Shown: positions 23,374-30,966, counted from the first letter of the stretch. The stretch: DNA of 34,622 bases from an uncultured Candidatus Saccharibacteria bacterium (GCA_964483435.1 CAZAAO010000003.1:1-34622), one strand, 5' to 3'. Notes: a model not told the origin generated them from the letters alone. A program made the numbers and translations.

Positions 23374-24390
23374 TTATTTGATACCTATTAGATTCACTTC
23401 CTCTTCTAAATCAATATTAAATTTTGATCTGACAGCGTGTTTAATCTCCGTGAGTGCGGTAAAGAGGTCATTTATTGTGGCGCCCTCGGGGTTAGTAAGT
23501 ACAAGCGCGTTTTTGGAATAAACCATGATTCTGCCAATACTCTTACCTTTAAATCCACACTGGTCAATGAGAAATCCTGCTCCAATTTTGAACGTATCTT
23601 CGTAAGGAAATATGGGCGCGGTGGGGTAGTTGCTCTTGATCTCCTTGGCAGTTTGCTCGTTTATAATGGGATTTTTAAAAAATGATCCGCAGTTTGGTAT
23701 TTGCTCTGGGTTGGGAAGCTTCTTTTGTCGGATAGAGATGATCGCGTCTCTCACTTGAGATATCGTTACTCCTGAGTCTGCGTCTTTAAAGTACTCCACA
23801 ACGTCCTTATAGCTTGATACATTTGGTCTTCTGTTAGGCCAAAGTTTGAAAATAACGTGCGTTATCAAATATCGACCAGGGTTTGATTTAAAAATACTGG
23901 ATCGGTAACCAAAATCACACTCGGCAGGACTAAGTGTTACAAATGCATGCAGTTGCGTATCGTAGGCGTGCACTTCTTCAATAGAGTCTTTGACCTCGAC
24001 ACCGTATGCTCCGATATTTTGCACGGGCGAAGCGCCCACCGTGCCAGGGATGTAAGAGAGGTTTTCAAGACCTTGAAAGTTTTTTTCACAACAAAATTTG
24101 ACCAGATCGTCCCATACCTCTCCTGCTCCTGCTTTTATCAAGATCTCTTGATTTGTTGTACTTGATATTTCAATACCGGGTATTTCGATTTTCACGATAC
24201 TCGTATTCTCGAGGTTGTTCCCGAATATTGTGTTACTACCTCCTCCTAATACGAATAATTTGTTATTGAATGAATCTATTTTGGAAAGAGCTGGCTCTAT
24301 CTGAGAAGGATGAGTTATGCATACCATGCTATGAGCAGTAGAGCCGATTTTCATTGTACTTAGATTTTTTGTATCCACAGGACAAATCAT
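23374..24390 (-). CDS. murB: UDP-N-acetylenolpyruvoylglucosamine reductase
   Basis: FAD-binding LFVLGGGSNTIF, PGTVGASPVQNIGAYG and the C-terminal CGSFFKNP. The start is set at the ATG at 24390 (MICPV); the longer track ORF would overlap the divergent murA start. Confidence 0.88.
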   Translation of the reverse strand: MICPVDTKNLSTMKIGSTAHSMVCITHPSQIEPALSKIDSFNNKLFVLGGGSNTIFGNNLENTSIVKIEIPGIEISSTTNQEILIKAGAGEVWDDLVKFCCEKNFQGLENLSYIPGTVGASPVQNIGAYGVEVKDSIEEVHAYDTQLHAFVTLSPAECDFGYRSSIFKSNPGRYLITHVIFKLWPNRRPNVSSYKDVVEYFKDADSGVTISQVRDAIISIRQKKLPNPEQIPNCGSFFKNPIINEQTAKEIKSNYPTAPIFPYEDTFKIGAGFLIDQCGFKGKSIGRIMVYSKNALVLTNPEGATINDLFTALTEIKHAVRSKFNIDLEEEVNLIGIK

Positions 24391-24400
24391 AAGCTTTAAT

Positions 24401-24416
24401 ATATCATATATGATAT
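24401..24416. promoter_or_regulatory. Perfect 16-bp palindrome ATATCATATATGATAT in the 24-nt murB/HTH-murA divergent gap (candidate operator)
   Basis: Self-complementary over 16 nt. It overlaps the first two bases of the HTH-murA start codon. Confidence 0.45.
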
Positions 24417-25920
24417 GAACAGCCAGCAAAAAATAGGACAACTTATCAAATCCATCCGTGAAAGGAAATCTCTTACTCAAAGTGAATTTGCAAAAAGGCT
24501 AAAGACTTCTCAAAGCGCTATTGCCCGGATGGAAGCTGGTAGGCAAAACTTTTCTACACAGGAACTCGAGAGGATCAGCAGGGCCTTAGAAAACAAAATC
24601 ATATCCATTGATCAAAGCATCGACTTTAAAATCGAAGGAGGTCATAAACTAAAAGGCGAAATATCCACAAATCCTTCCAAAAACGGCGCTTTAGGTCTGC
24701 TTTGTGCATCTCTACTTAACAAGTCCAAAACTATTCTCCACGGTATACCCCGTATTGAGGAGGTTTTTAGGTTGATAGAAATATTTCAAAGTATTGGAGT
24801 GACGGTGGTGTGGAAAGAGAGTCAAACTATCGAGATCAATCCTCCAACTAATTTCAATTTGAAAAACTTGGATCAAAAATCAGCTGCAAAAATACGCTCA
24901 GTGCTCATGATGATAGGACCCTTGATTCACAGAGAAAAGGAGTTTTCTATCCCACATGCGGGCGGTTGCAAAATGGGCAATCGTACTATCGAGGCACATA
25001 GACATGGGCTTGAGATGCTAGGAGTTAAGATCAAAACTCTAGATTCGGAGTATAAAATATCCGTAAAAAAATTGAGACCGGCAAATATTGTGATGTATGA
25101 AATGAGTGATACCGCGTCAGAAAATTTGATCATGGCGGCAAGTCTAATACCTGGTAAGACTGTCATTGAATTTGCTCCACCGAACTACCAAGTCCAAGAG
25201 ATTTGTTTCTTTCTGGAAAAATGTGGAGTCAAAATCGAAGGTATCGGCACCCATGTTTTGACTGTACACGGTGTGCCCGAAATAAACAAAGTCGTCGAGT
25301 ACACAAACAGTGAAGACCCGATAGAATCTATGATGCTTATCTCGGCCGCTCTAGTCACCAATTCGGAGCTTATAATCAAAAGATGCCCTATAGATTTTTT
25401 GAAGCTAGAACTTTTAAAACTTTCGAAGATGGGACTCAAGATCAAATTGACAGAAGAGTATTATTCTCTAAATCAACGCACCAAACTTGTCGATATTAAG
25501 ATACTCCCTTCGCACTTGAAAGCTCCCAAAGACAAAATCCATCCTCTGCCATATCCGGGTATAAATACTGACAACTTACCGTTCTTCGTGCCTATCGCTA
25601 CGATCGCAAGTGGTAGGACTCTGATCCACGATTGGATGTGGGAAAATAGGGCAATATACTTTACAGAGCTCAATAAGCTAGGAGCAGATATTGCACTTGC
25701 TGATCCTCATCGCGTTTTTATAAATGGGCCAAGTAAGCTCGTGGCCGCGCAGATCGTCTGCCCTCCAGCACTCCGTCCGGCGATGATAATATTTATAGCG
25801 ATGCTCGGCGCAAAGGGAACATCGATACTTAGAAACGTGTACTCGATTTATCGAGGTTATGAGGAAATCGCAGAGCGGCTTAATAAGATCGGAGCTAAAA
25901 TAGAAGTAATTAGAAATTAA
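24415..25920 (+). CDS. murA: XRE-type HTH domain fused to UDP-N-acetylglucosamine 1-carboxyvinyltransferase
   Basis: Residues 1-65, IGQLIKSIRERKSLTQSEFAKRLKTSQSAIARMEAGRQNFSTQELERISRAL, are a classic HTH_3/XRE pattern. The remainder is MurA: FKIEGGHKLKGEISTNPSKNGALGLLCASLL, HAGGCKMGNRTIEAH (active-site Cys loop), and C-terminal YRGYEEIAERL. Confidence 0.9.
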   Translation: MNSQQKIGQLIKSIRERKSLTQSEFAKRLKTSQSAIARMEAGRQNFSTQELERISRALENKIISIDQSIDFKIEGGHKLKGEISTNPSKNGALGLLCASLLNKSKTILHGIPRIEEVFRLIEIFQSIGVTVVWKESQTIEINPPTNFNLKNLDQKSAAKIRSVLMMIGPLIHREKEFSIPHAGGCKMGNRTIEAHRHGLEMLGVKIKTLDSEYKISVKKLRPANIVMYEMSDTASENLIMAASLIPGKTVIEFAPPNYQVQEICFFLEKCGVKIEGIGTHVLTVHGVPEINKVVEYTNSEDPIESMMLISAALVTNSELIIKRCPIDFLKLELLKLSKMGLKIKLTEEYYSLNQRTKLVDIKILPSHLKAPKDKIHPLPYPGINTDNLPFFVPIATIASGRTLIHDWMWENRAIYFTELNKLGADIALADPHRVFINGPSKLVAAQIVCPPALRPAMIIFIAMLGAKGTSILRNVYSIYRGYEEIAERLNKIGAKIEVIRN

Positions 25921-27261
25921 ATGGATCTTAAAAACAAAAAAGTTTTACTAATGGGGCTTGGAATACTGGGGGGAGGTGTAGCCACTGCGCGTTTTTTGCA
26001 TCGCAGAGGTGCGATACTTACTATCACAGATATGAAGGACGAAGTGCATCTGAAGCCTTCTCTAGAGGCGCTTAAAGATTTGCCGAATATCAGGTATGTG
26101 ATTGGTCACCATGACGAAGAGGACTTTTTGCAGAGTGATATCATTGTCGTAAATCCTGACGTACCTCTCTCGAGCCCTTTTCTTCAAAAATCGATTCAAG
26201 CAGGCAAGCAAATTGAAAACGAGCTTTCACTTTTTTATAAATTTTGTCCAACAGAAAAAATAGTAGCTATCACAGGCACGCGTGGAAAGACCACCACCAC
26301 AAATTGGACTTACCATTTTATTAAATCCGCTTTCCCAAATACTCTCATCGGTGGCAATTCTCCTGATAATCCATTTCTAAAAATCGTTGAGGAGTGTGAA
26401 CCAGACTTTAATGTGGTGGTGGAAGTGCCTTCGTTTCAACTAGAGCTTGTCTCGGGTATGAAAATGCGTGCTCCAAAGGTGGCGATCATTACAAACCTAT
26501 ATCAAGACCATCTCAATCGTCACGGTACGATGGAAGGATATGCCAAAGCAAAAGCAAATATATTTGCTAACCAAACAGAAGAGGACTATTTGATATTAGA
26601 TAAAGATAATGAATGGACAGAATATTTCCTTGGCTTAAAACCCCGAACCAAAGTATTGATGATTGAAGATAATGAGATTTGGTCCAAGGATGAACTTGCT
26701 CGTTTTGCTTTGGAGTGGGGAGAACATAATGTAAAAAATCTTCTATTTGCATCTCTTGCTGCTAACGCTCTTGGAGTGACCCCAGAGTCGATTAAAGAAA
26801 ATGTAAAATCACTTCCTTCTATTAAATTTAGGCAGGAGAAAGTGTACGAAAGTGATAATCTCACAATTTGGAACGACACAGCTGCGACCTCGCCCGAAGC
26901 TACTATTGCGGCTGTGGCCCGCTTTGCGCCTTTGAACACCATACTCATCACAGGTGGTACAGACCGCAATCTCGAATATTCAAATTGGGGACGGATAATC
27001 GATCAGAATTTGCCGCAAGAAAAGGTCCTGTTTTTATCTGGTAGTGCTACTGAGAAGATGAAGCAAGTCCTTAGCTGGGAAAAATATCAAGAGTTTGATA
27101 CTTTAGAGGAGTGTGTAGACCGTGCGTTAAATTTGGCAGGCGAGTTCGGGTGCAGAAATATCTTGTTTTCGCCCTCAGCCAAAAGCTTTGAAAAATTTAA
27201 AAACGAGTTTGATCGTGGTGAGAAGTTTAACGCATTAATAAAACAAAAATTAACTAATTAA
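25921..27261 (+). CDS. murD: UDP-N-acetylmuramoylalanine--D-glutamate ligase
   Basis: GLGILGGGVATARFL, ITGTRGKTTTTNW, and the Mur ligase C-terminal domain. The start abuts the murA stop. Confidence 0.9.
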   Translation: MDLKNKKVLLMGLGILGGGVATARFLHRRGAILTITDMKDEVHLKPSLEALKDLPNIRYVIGHHDEEDFLQSDIIVVNPDVPLSSPFLQKSIQAGKQIENELSLFYKFCPTEKIVAITGTRGKTTTTNWTYHFIKSAFPNTLIGGNSPDNPFLKIVEECEPDFNVVVEVPSFQLELVSGMKMRAPKVAIITNLYQDHLNRHGTMEGYAKAKANIFANQTEEDYLILDKDNEWTEYFLGLKPRTKVLMIEDNEIWSKDELARFALEWGEHNVKNLLFASLAANALGVTPESIKENVKSLPSIKFRQEKVYESDNLTIWNDTAATSPEATIAAVARFAPLNTILITGGTDRNLEYSNWGRIIDQNLPQEKVLFLSGSATEKMKQVLSWEKYQEFDTLEECVDRALNLAGEFGCRNILFSPSAKSFEKFKNEFDRGEKFNALIKQKLTN

Positions 27262-27262
27262 T

Positions 27263-28087
27263 ATGTATTGCTTTTTCAACGGTCAGATCGTCTTGCAGAG
27301 CGATGCCAAAGTGTCTATCGCGGACATTGGGCTCTTGCGCGGCTTTGGGCTATACGAAGGGATACCAGTCTTCAGAGGTGAGCCTTTCAGATTTGCTGAC
27401 CACTGGCAGAGATTTACAGACGGCGCCCATACGCTAGGCATGAATATTCCTATTACTGAGGAGAAAGCAGAGAAGGTCATAAAGGAGCTTGTAGAAAAAA
27501 ACGGGTTCAATGATCGAGCCAATGTAAGGATGATACTTACCGGAGGTCCGATAGTTGGAGGTATTGAATACAATTTTGAGACGCCAACTTTTTATATTAT
27601 TTGTGAAAAGTTTGAGCCAATAAGCGAGGCAAATTATAAAGAGGGAGGCAAGCTCGTCACTTACGACTTCAAACGCGATCTTCCAGAATTTAAAACTACA
27701 AACTATATCCGTGCTGTGATGCTTCAGCAGTTTAGGAAGGAAGAAGGTGCAATTGAAATACTTTTTACAAAGGATGGAGAAGTCTTTGAATGCTCCACGA
27801 GCAATATCTTCCTCATAAAGGATGGGAAGATCATCACTCCAGCAGAAGAAATACTCAAAGGTATCACCCGCAAGGCGGTGCTTGAGATAGGAAGCGAGAG
27901 CTACGAGGTGGAGGAGAGGCGAGTGTATGCGAGCGAAATAGCTACTGCGGATGAGATTTTCATCACATCGTCGTTCAAAGATATAGTACCTATCGTAAAA
28001 GTCGATGATCGCGTGGTGGGGGACTCCCGACCGGGTATAGTCACGATGGACTTGTTTGACAAATATAAAAAAATAATTGGTGTATAA
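27263..28087 (+). CDS. Class IV (fold type IV) aminotransferase, D-amino-acid or branched-chain type
   Basis: GLLRGFGLYEGI, KTTNYIRAVMLQQ, ECSTSNIFLIKDGKIITP..ILKGITR. The position after murD suggests D-Glu/D-Ala supply, which is inference. Confidence 0.85.
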   Translation: MYCFFNGQIVLQSDAKVSIADIGLLRGFGLYEGIPVFRGEPFRFADHWQRFTDGAHTLGMNIPITEEKAEKVIKELVEKNGFNDRANVRMILTGGPIVGGIEYNFETPTFYIICEKFEPISEANYKEGGKLVTYDFKRDLPEFKTTNYIRAVMLQQFRKEEGAIEILFTKDGEVFECSTSNIFLIKDGKIITPAEEILKGITRKAVLEIGSESYEVEERRVYASEIATADEIFITSSFKDIVPIVKVDDRVVGDSRPGIVTMDLFDKYKKIIGV

Positions 28088-28200
28088 TGGGGGCACGGAT
28101 TGACCCCCTACGGAGTGGTAGGGTGCGGTCTCCGGGCCGGGCTCCGTGAAATATACCTCCATTTCACGCCCCGGCTTACTTATTGCCATTTTCCGAGGAT
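28088..28200 (+). ncRNA. GC-rich structured leader or small RNA upstream of rpmG (class unknown)
   Basis: TGTATAAT (28080-28087) lies immediately upstream. Hairpin GGGGG-CACGGATTGA-CCCCC is followed by a long hairpin CCGGG.CGTGAAAT-ATACCTCC-ATTTCACG.CCCGG. The loop of the long hairpin carries the anti-SD-like ACCTCC. Confidence 0.35.
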
Positions 28201-28235
28201 ATGGTATCCTGTCTAGGCTAATAAATTAAAGAAAT

Positions 28236-28412
28236 ATGTCCCAAGATCAGCTTATAGCAATAACAAATAAAAAGACCGGAGCGGTCTATTTCACGCGCAA
28301 AAATAAGCGCAAAGTAGAGCGCAAAATTGAGCTTAAGAAATACGATAAAGTTTTGCGTAAGAGAGTAGTCTTTACAGAAGCGAAACTCCCTCTTAAGAGA
28401 GCTAAGAAATAA
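28236..28412 (+). CDS. rpmG: 50S ribosomal protein L33 (Cys-less form)
   Basis: At 58 aa it is below the track cutoff. TRKNKRKVERKIELKKYDKVLRKRVVFTEAKL parallels the L33 core KNKRN.PEKLELKKY.P..RKH..HKE.K. The zinc-ribbon cysteines are absent. Confidence 0.8.
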   Translation: MSQDQLIAITNKKTGAVYFTRKNKRKVERKIELKKYDKVLRKRVVFTEAKLPLKRAKK

Positions 28413-28434
28413 GCCTCACCTAATCAGTTTAAAC

Positions 28435-28462
28435 AAAAAATTCGCCAAATAGGCGATTTTTT
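28435..28462. terminator. Bidirectional hairpin terminator (rpmG and tRNA-Trp)
   Basis: AAAAAATTCGCC-AAATA-GGCGATTTTTT. Confidence 0.6.
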
Positions 28463-28472
28463 GTGCTTACTG

Positions 28473-28544
28473 CGGGTCCACCCCGACTCGAACGGGGAAC
28501 CTCGGTTTTGGAGACCGATGTTTTACCATTGAAACTATAGACCC
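28473..28544 (-). tRNA. tRNA-Trp (anticodon CCA)
   Basis: Minus-strand read: GGGTCTA-TA-GTTTCAATGGTAAAAC-A-TCGGT-CTCCAAA-ACCGA-GGTTC-CCCG..TTCGAGT..-TGGACCC-G. Confidence 0.88.
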
Positions 28545-28567
28545 AACGTCGGTAGTATAGCAGAATT

Positions 28568-29695
28568 TTACCTTCTCAAAAACTCGTTTATTTTTTGAAT
28601 CGCAATATCGGCGGTTGATTCAATGTCCGCAGCATCTCCTATGTTGAGCCAGATAATACTCTTGTCTCGCTTCCACCACGTCATCTGTCTTTTGACGAAA
28701 TGCCAGATTTCGTTTTGGAGTATTTCTATCATTTCTGTTCTGTCTATTTTCTTTTGAAGTAGATCTGCGAGAGCGCCGTATTCGAGTCCGAGCTCGCGCA
28801 TCCGTTTGAAAGTGAGTCCTTGCTTGTGGAGCTCCTCTGCCTCTTTTATCATACCCTGCTTAATACGCTTTTCGAGGCGGGTCTTGATGCGATCTTTGAG
28901 TCGCTCTTCATCGAGGAAGTAACTCACCCCCACTTCGCTCTGCTCAGCCCCTTCAGAAAGAAGTGTGTTCAAGGTGTTATTCTTTTTACCCCCTCTCCTT
29001 AGGGGAGGGGGTAGGGGGAGGGGCTTCTTCATTGGTGCAATACCAATTTTTAGCACGTCGTATTTTTCCAATTCATCTCTTGAAATCTTTGCTTTCCGGT
29101 TTCGGTTTTTTAAATTGAAGCTTGCTATCTCGATAGCTCGAATCAGCCGATGAGGATTTTTGGCATCGATATTTGCTGCTCGATCTGGATCGAGCCTCTG
29201 GAGCATTTCAAATAATTGTTCGGTACTTTTCTTTTGGAGTTTTTTCCTGAGCTCGGGATTTGGGGGGACTTCTGATATCGCCACTTCTCGAAGAAGCGTA
29301 CTTATATAAAATCCTGTCCCTCCGCAGATGATAGGTAGCTTGTCCGCCGAAAAGGAGGACTTGTCCGCCGAAGAGGAGGGTTTGACTCGACTAACGATAT
29401 CTTCGATCGCTTTGTCAGCGAGCTTTACAAAGTGAGAAGCAGAAAAAGTTTTTTTTGGGCTAGCCACATCAAGTAGGTGATGCTTCACTCCTTTCATCTC
29501 ACTCTTTCGTATTTTGCCTGTACCAAGATTGAGTCCTCTGTACACCTGCCTCGAGTCTGCAGAAATAATCTCAGCACCGTCTATACCCAACTTTTTAGCC
29601 ACGCCTCCGCGTAGTAGAAGAGCCAAAGATACGGCAAGATCGCTCTTGCCGCTTGATGTTGGTCCAAGTATTACTACGACTTTGGTCTTATTCAT
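28568..29695 (-). CDS. miaA: tRNA dimethylallyltransferase, enlarged by two insertions
   Basis: ILGPTSSGKSDLAV (P-loop), ISADSRQVYRGLNLGTGK, HHLLDV, CGGTGFY, NPHRLIRAIE, KRQMTWW. At 375 aa it exceeds the ~300-315 aa typical for MiaA. Confidence 0.9.
   Translation of the reverse strand: MNKTKVVVILGPTSSGKSDLAVSLALLLRGGVAKKLGIDGAEIISADSRQVYRGLNLGTGKIRKSEMKGVKHHLLDVASPKKTFSASHFVKLADKAIEDIVSRVKPSSSADKSSFSADKLPIICGGTGFYISTLLREVAISEVPPNPELRKKLQKKSTEQLFEMLQRLDPDRAANIDAKNPHRLIRAIEIASFNLKNRNRKAKISRDELEKYDVLKIGIAPMKKPLPLPPPLRRGGKKNNTLNTLLSEGAEQSEVGVSYFLDEERLKDRIKTRLEKRIKQGMIKEAEELHKQGLTFKRMRELGLEYGALADLLQKKIDRTEMIEILQNEIWHFVKRQMTWWKRDKSIIWLNIGDAADIESTADIAIQKINEFLRR
28988..29024. repeat. GC-rich palindromic element inserted in frame within miaA
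   Basis: ACCCCCTCTCCTTAGGGGAGGGGGTAGGGGGAGGGGC encodes ..PLPLPPPLRRGG.. on the minus strand. It lies inside a ~40-aa segment with no counterpart in E. coli MiaA as I remember it. Confidence 0.55.
29339..29380 (-). repeat. Imperfect 2 x 21-nt tandem repeat inside miaA
   Basis: CTTGTCCGCCGAAAAGGAGGA / CTTGTCCGCCGAAGAGGAGGG encodes SSSADK-SSFSADK, between the conserved helix and the GGTGFY motif. Confidence 0.7.
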
Positions 29696-29918
29696 TTTCT
29701 CTCACAAATACAAATCGTGGACCTTTGTATCCGATCTCTGGTTTGTCTACTGTATCCAAAAACATGGCAAGGGGGCGCACCCAAGTCTTGCCCTCACCAT
29801 ACAGAGCCTTGTATACCACATGAGGTTCAAGAGTCTCTGAGTGGAGTGCCACATCTAAGACGCGGTATTCGTTGCCTTTGAAGTGACGATAAATACCTTT
29901 TTTGATTGTAGTTTCCAT
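29688..29918 (-). CDS. DUF1653-like small protein
   Basis: YRHFKGNEYRVLDVALHSETLEPHVVYKALYGEGKTWVRPLAMF matches my memory of the DUF1653 signature. It overlaps the miaA start by 8 nt. Its ATG is 4 nt from the tRNA-Leu 3' end. Confidence 0.7.
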   Translation of the reverse strand: METTIKKGIYRHFKGNEYRVLDVALHSETLEPHVVYKALYGEGKTWVRPLAMFLDTVDKPEIGYKGPRFVFVRENE

Positions 29919-29922
29919 ATTG

Positions 29923-30003
29923 TGCCGGAGGAGAGACTTGAACTCTCACGGGTTGCCCCGCACGATTTTGAGTCGTGTGCGTCTACCATTCCGCCACTCC
30001 GGC
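29923..30003 (-). tRNA. tRNA-Leu (anticodon CAA), type II
   Basis: Minus-strand read: GCCGGAG-TG-GCGGAATGGTAGACGC-A-CACGA-CTCAAAA-TCGTG-variable arm CGGGGCAACCCGT-GAGAG-TTCAAGT-CTCTC-CTCCGGC-A. Confidence 0.88.
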
Positions 30004-30086
30004 ATCGTCCCTCAAGTAGGGTGGCTTACAAAAATATACCTCAAATATCCCCCAAAATCAAAAAACTTGGTCTAGGGCTTAGCTTA

Positions 30087-30115
30087 TTTGACAAAAATAA
30101 ATAAAAGTTATACAA
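30087..30115 (+). promoter_or_regulatory. Sigma70-like promoter of the first accessory gene
   Basis: Exact TTGACA (30087-30092), then TATACA/TACAAA 15-17 nt downstream. A GGAG SD lies 9 nt before the ATG at 30135. Confidence 0.45.
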
Positions 30116-30134
30116 ATATCCTGGAGAAAATTCC

Positions 30135-30959
30135 ATGATAACAGAAGAAGACGTGCTAGATCTCTTGCCTCCGGGCGAGATACCCACAGATTTCACGGTA
30201 TACGTGGCGGGTAACAACAACGAATCTGCGCTCAATCAGCTGAAGAAACGGATTGATGTGCTCAACAGAAAAAAAACCTGGATTATCTACAAGGATCGGG
30301 GAATTACAGAGATCCCAAAAGGAATCTCTCTAATTATTCCCATCCTGGGATGCAAGAACGACGCTGCCGTCGAAATCAGAAAGCGAGCAAAAGATGCGGG
30401 TATTGTGATATCAAGACCACATGCCGCATCAAGTGCAAAACGAATTCTCGAGAGTATCAGTCTCAAAATGTTCCCGGCTGAGCCTGAGGTCCCAGCTGTG
30501 GAAGATGTGGCAGATGTATCGCAAGTTGCGCTTGAGAACGTGACTCCTTCAGTACCACTGGAGCAGTATGTTGTGCGCGACACTCCGGAGAAGACACTTC
30601 CGGAGGTTTCCCCAGCTGTTGTAGAGCCTGTTCTTTCTACGGATAGCTCCGAGTCTGTTGACTTAAAGGTATTCGACCGAGTACTGAGCTCGATGGGGGA
30701 CCTCGAAACTCAACTCCAACTTGTTAGCCGTGAAATTTCGACACTCCGTGCGGCAAACGCAAAGTTGAAGCTCGATAAGTCAGCTCTGGAGCTCGAGATA
30801 CAGACCTCGAAGACGCAGCTTGCGATAAGCGAGAAGGAAACAGAGCGTCTCACGGTAGAAAACCACAGTCTCTCAGAAGAGAATAAGCGTCTGCGTCAGG
30901 AACTTCACTCAGCTCAGCAGATTATGGACGTCGTGAGGAAGGCGATGCAGCCAAAATAG
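30135..30959 (+). CDS. Hypothetical protein: N-terminal alpha/beta-like domain (possibly DUF2325-like), Pro/Glu/Val-rich linker, C-terminal coiled coil
   Basis: N-terminal FTVYVAGNNNESALNQLKKRI...ISLIIPILGCKNDAAVEIRKRAKDAGIVISRP. Linker PAEPEVPAVEDVADVSQV..PEVSPAVVEPV. C-terminal heptad-like LETQLQLVSREISTLRAANAKLKLDKSALELEIQTSKTQLAISEKETERLTVENHSLSEENKRLRQEL. Confidence 0.6.
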   Translation: MITEEDVLDLLPPGEIPTDFTVYVAGNNNESALNQLKKRIDVLNRKKTWIIYKDRGITEIPKGISLIIPILGCKNDAAVEIRKRAKDAGIVISRPHAASSAKRILESISLKMFPAEPEVPAVEDVADVSQVALENVTPSVPLEQYVVRDTPEKTLPEVSPAVVEPVLSTDSSESVDLKVFDRVLSSMGDLETQLQLVSREISTLRAANAKLKLDKSALELEIQTSKTQLAISEKETERLTVENHSLSEENKRLRQELHSAQQIMDVVRKAMQPK

Positions 30960-30966
30960 GGTATGT

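Noticed and set aside
27434-28189. 251-aa minus-strand ORF and other long antisense ORFs (33-581, 16707-17408, 18912-19430, 11855-12592, 32473-33021, 26586-26969)
   Set aside because: Each is antisense to a gene with strong family motifs (class IV aminotransferase, gyrA, clpB, infB, the GHKL ATPase, murD). They have Ser/Arg/Leu-rich shadow-frame composition and no start signals.
28088-28412. tmRNA (ssrA) starting at GGGGGCACGGATTGAC
   Set aside because: Only the first ~17 nt resemble a tmRNA 5' end, and the string lacks the C of TTCGAC. There is no downstream T-arm/acceptor partner (TGCCCCC-ACCA) anywhere in the window. The space where the tag and pseudoknots would lie is taken by a convincing L33 gene.
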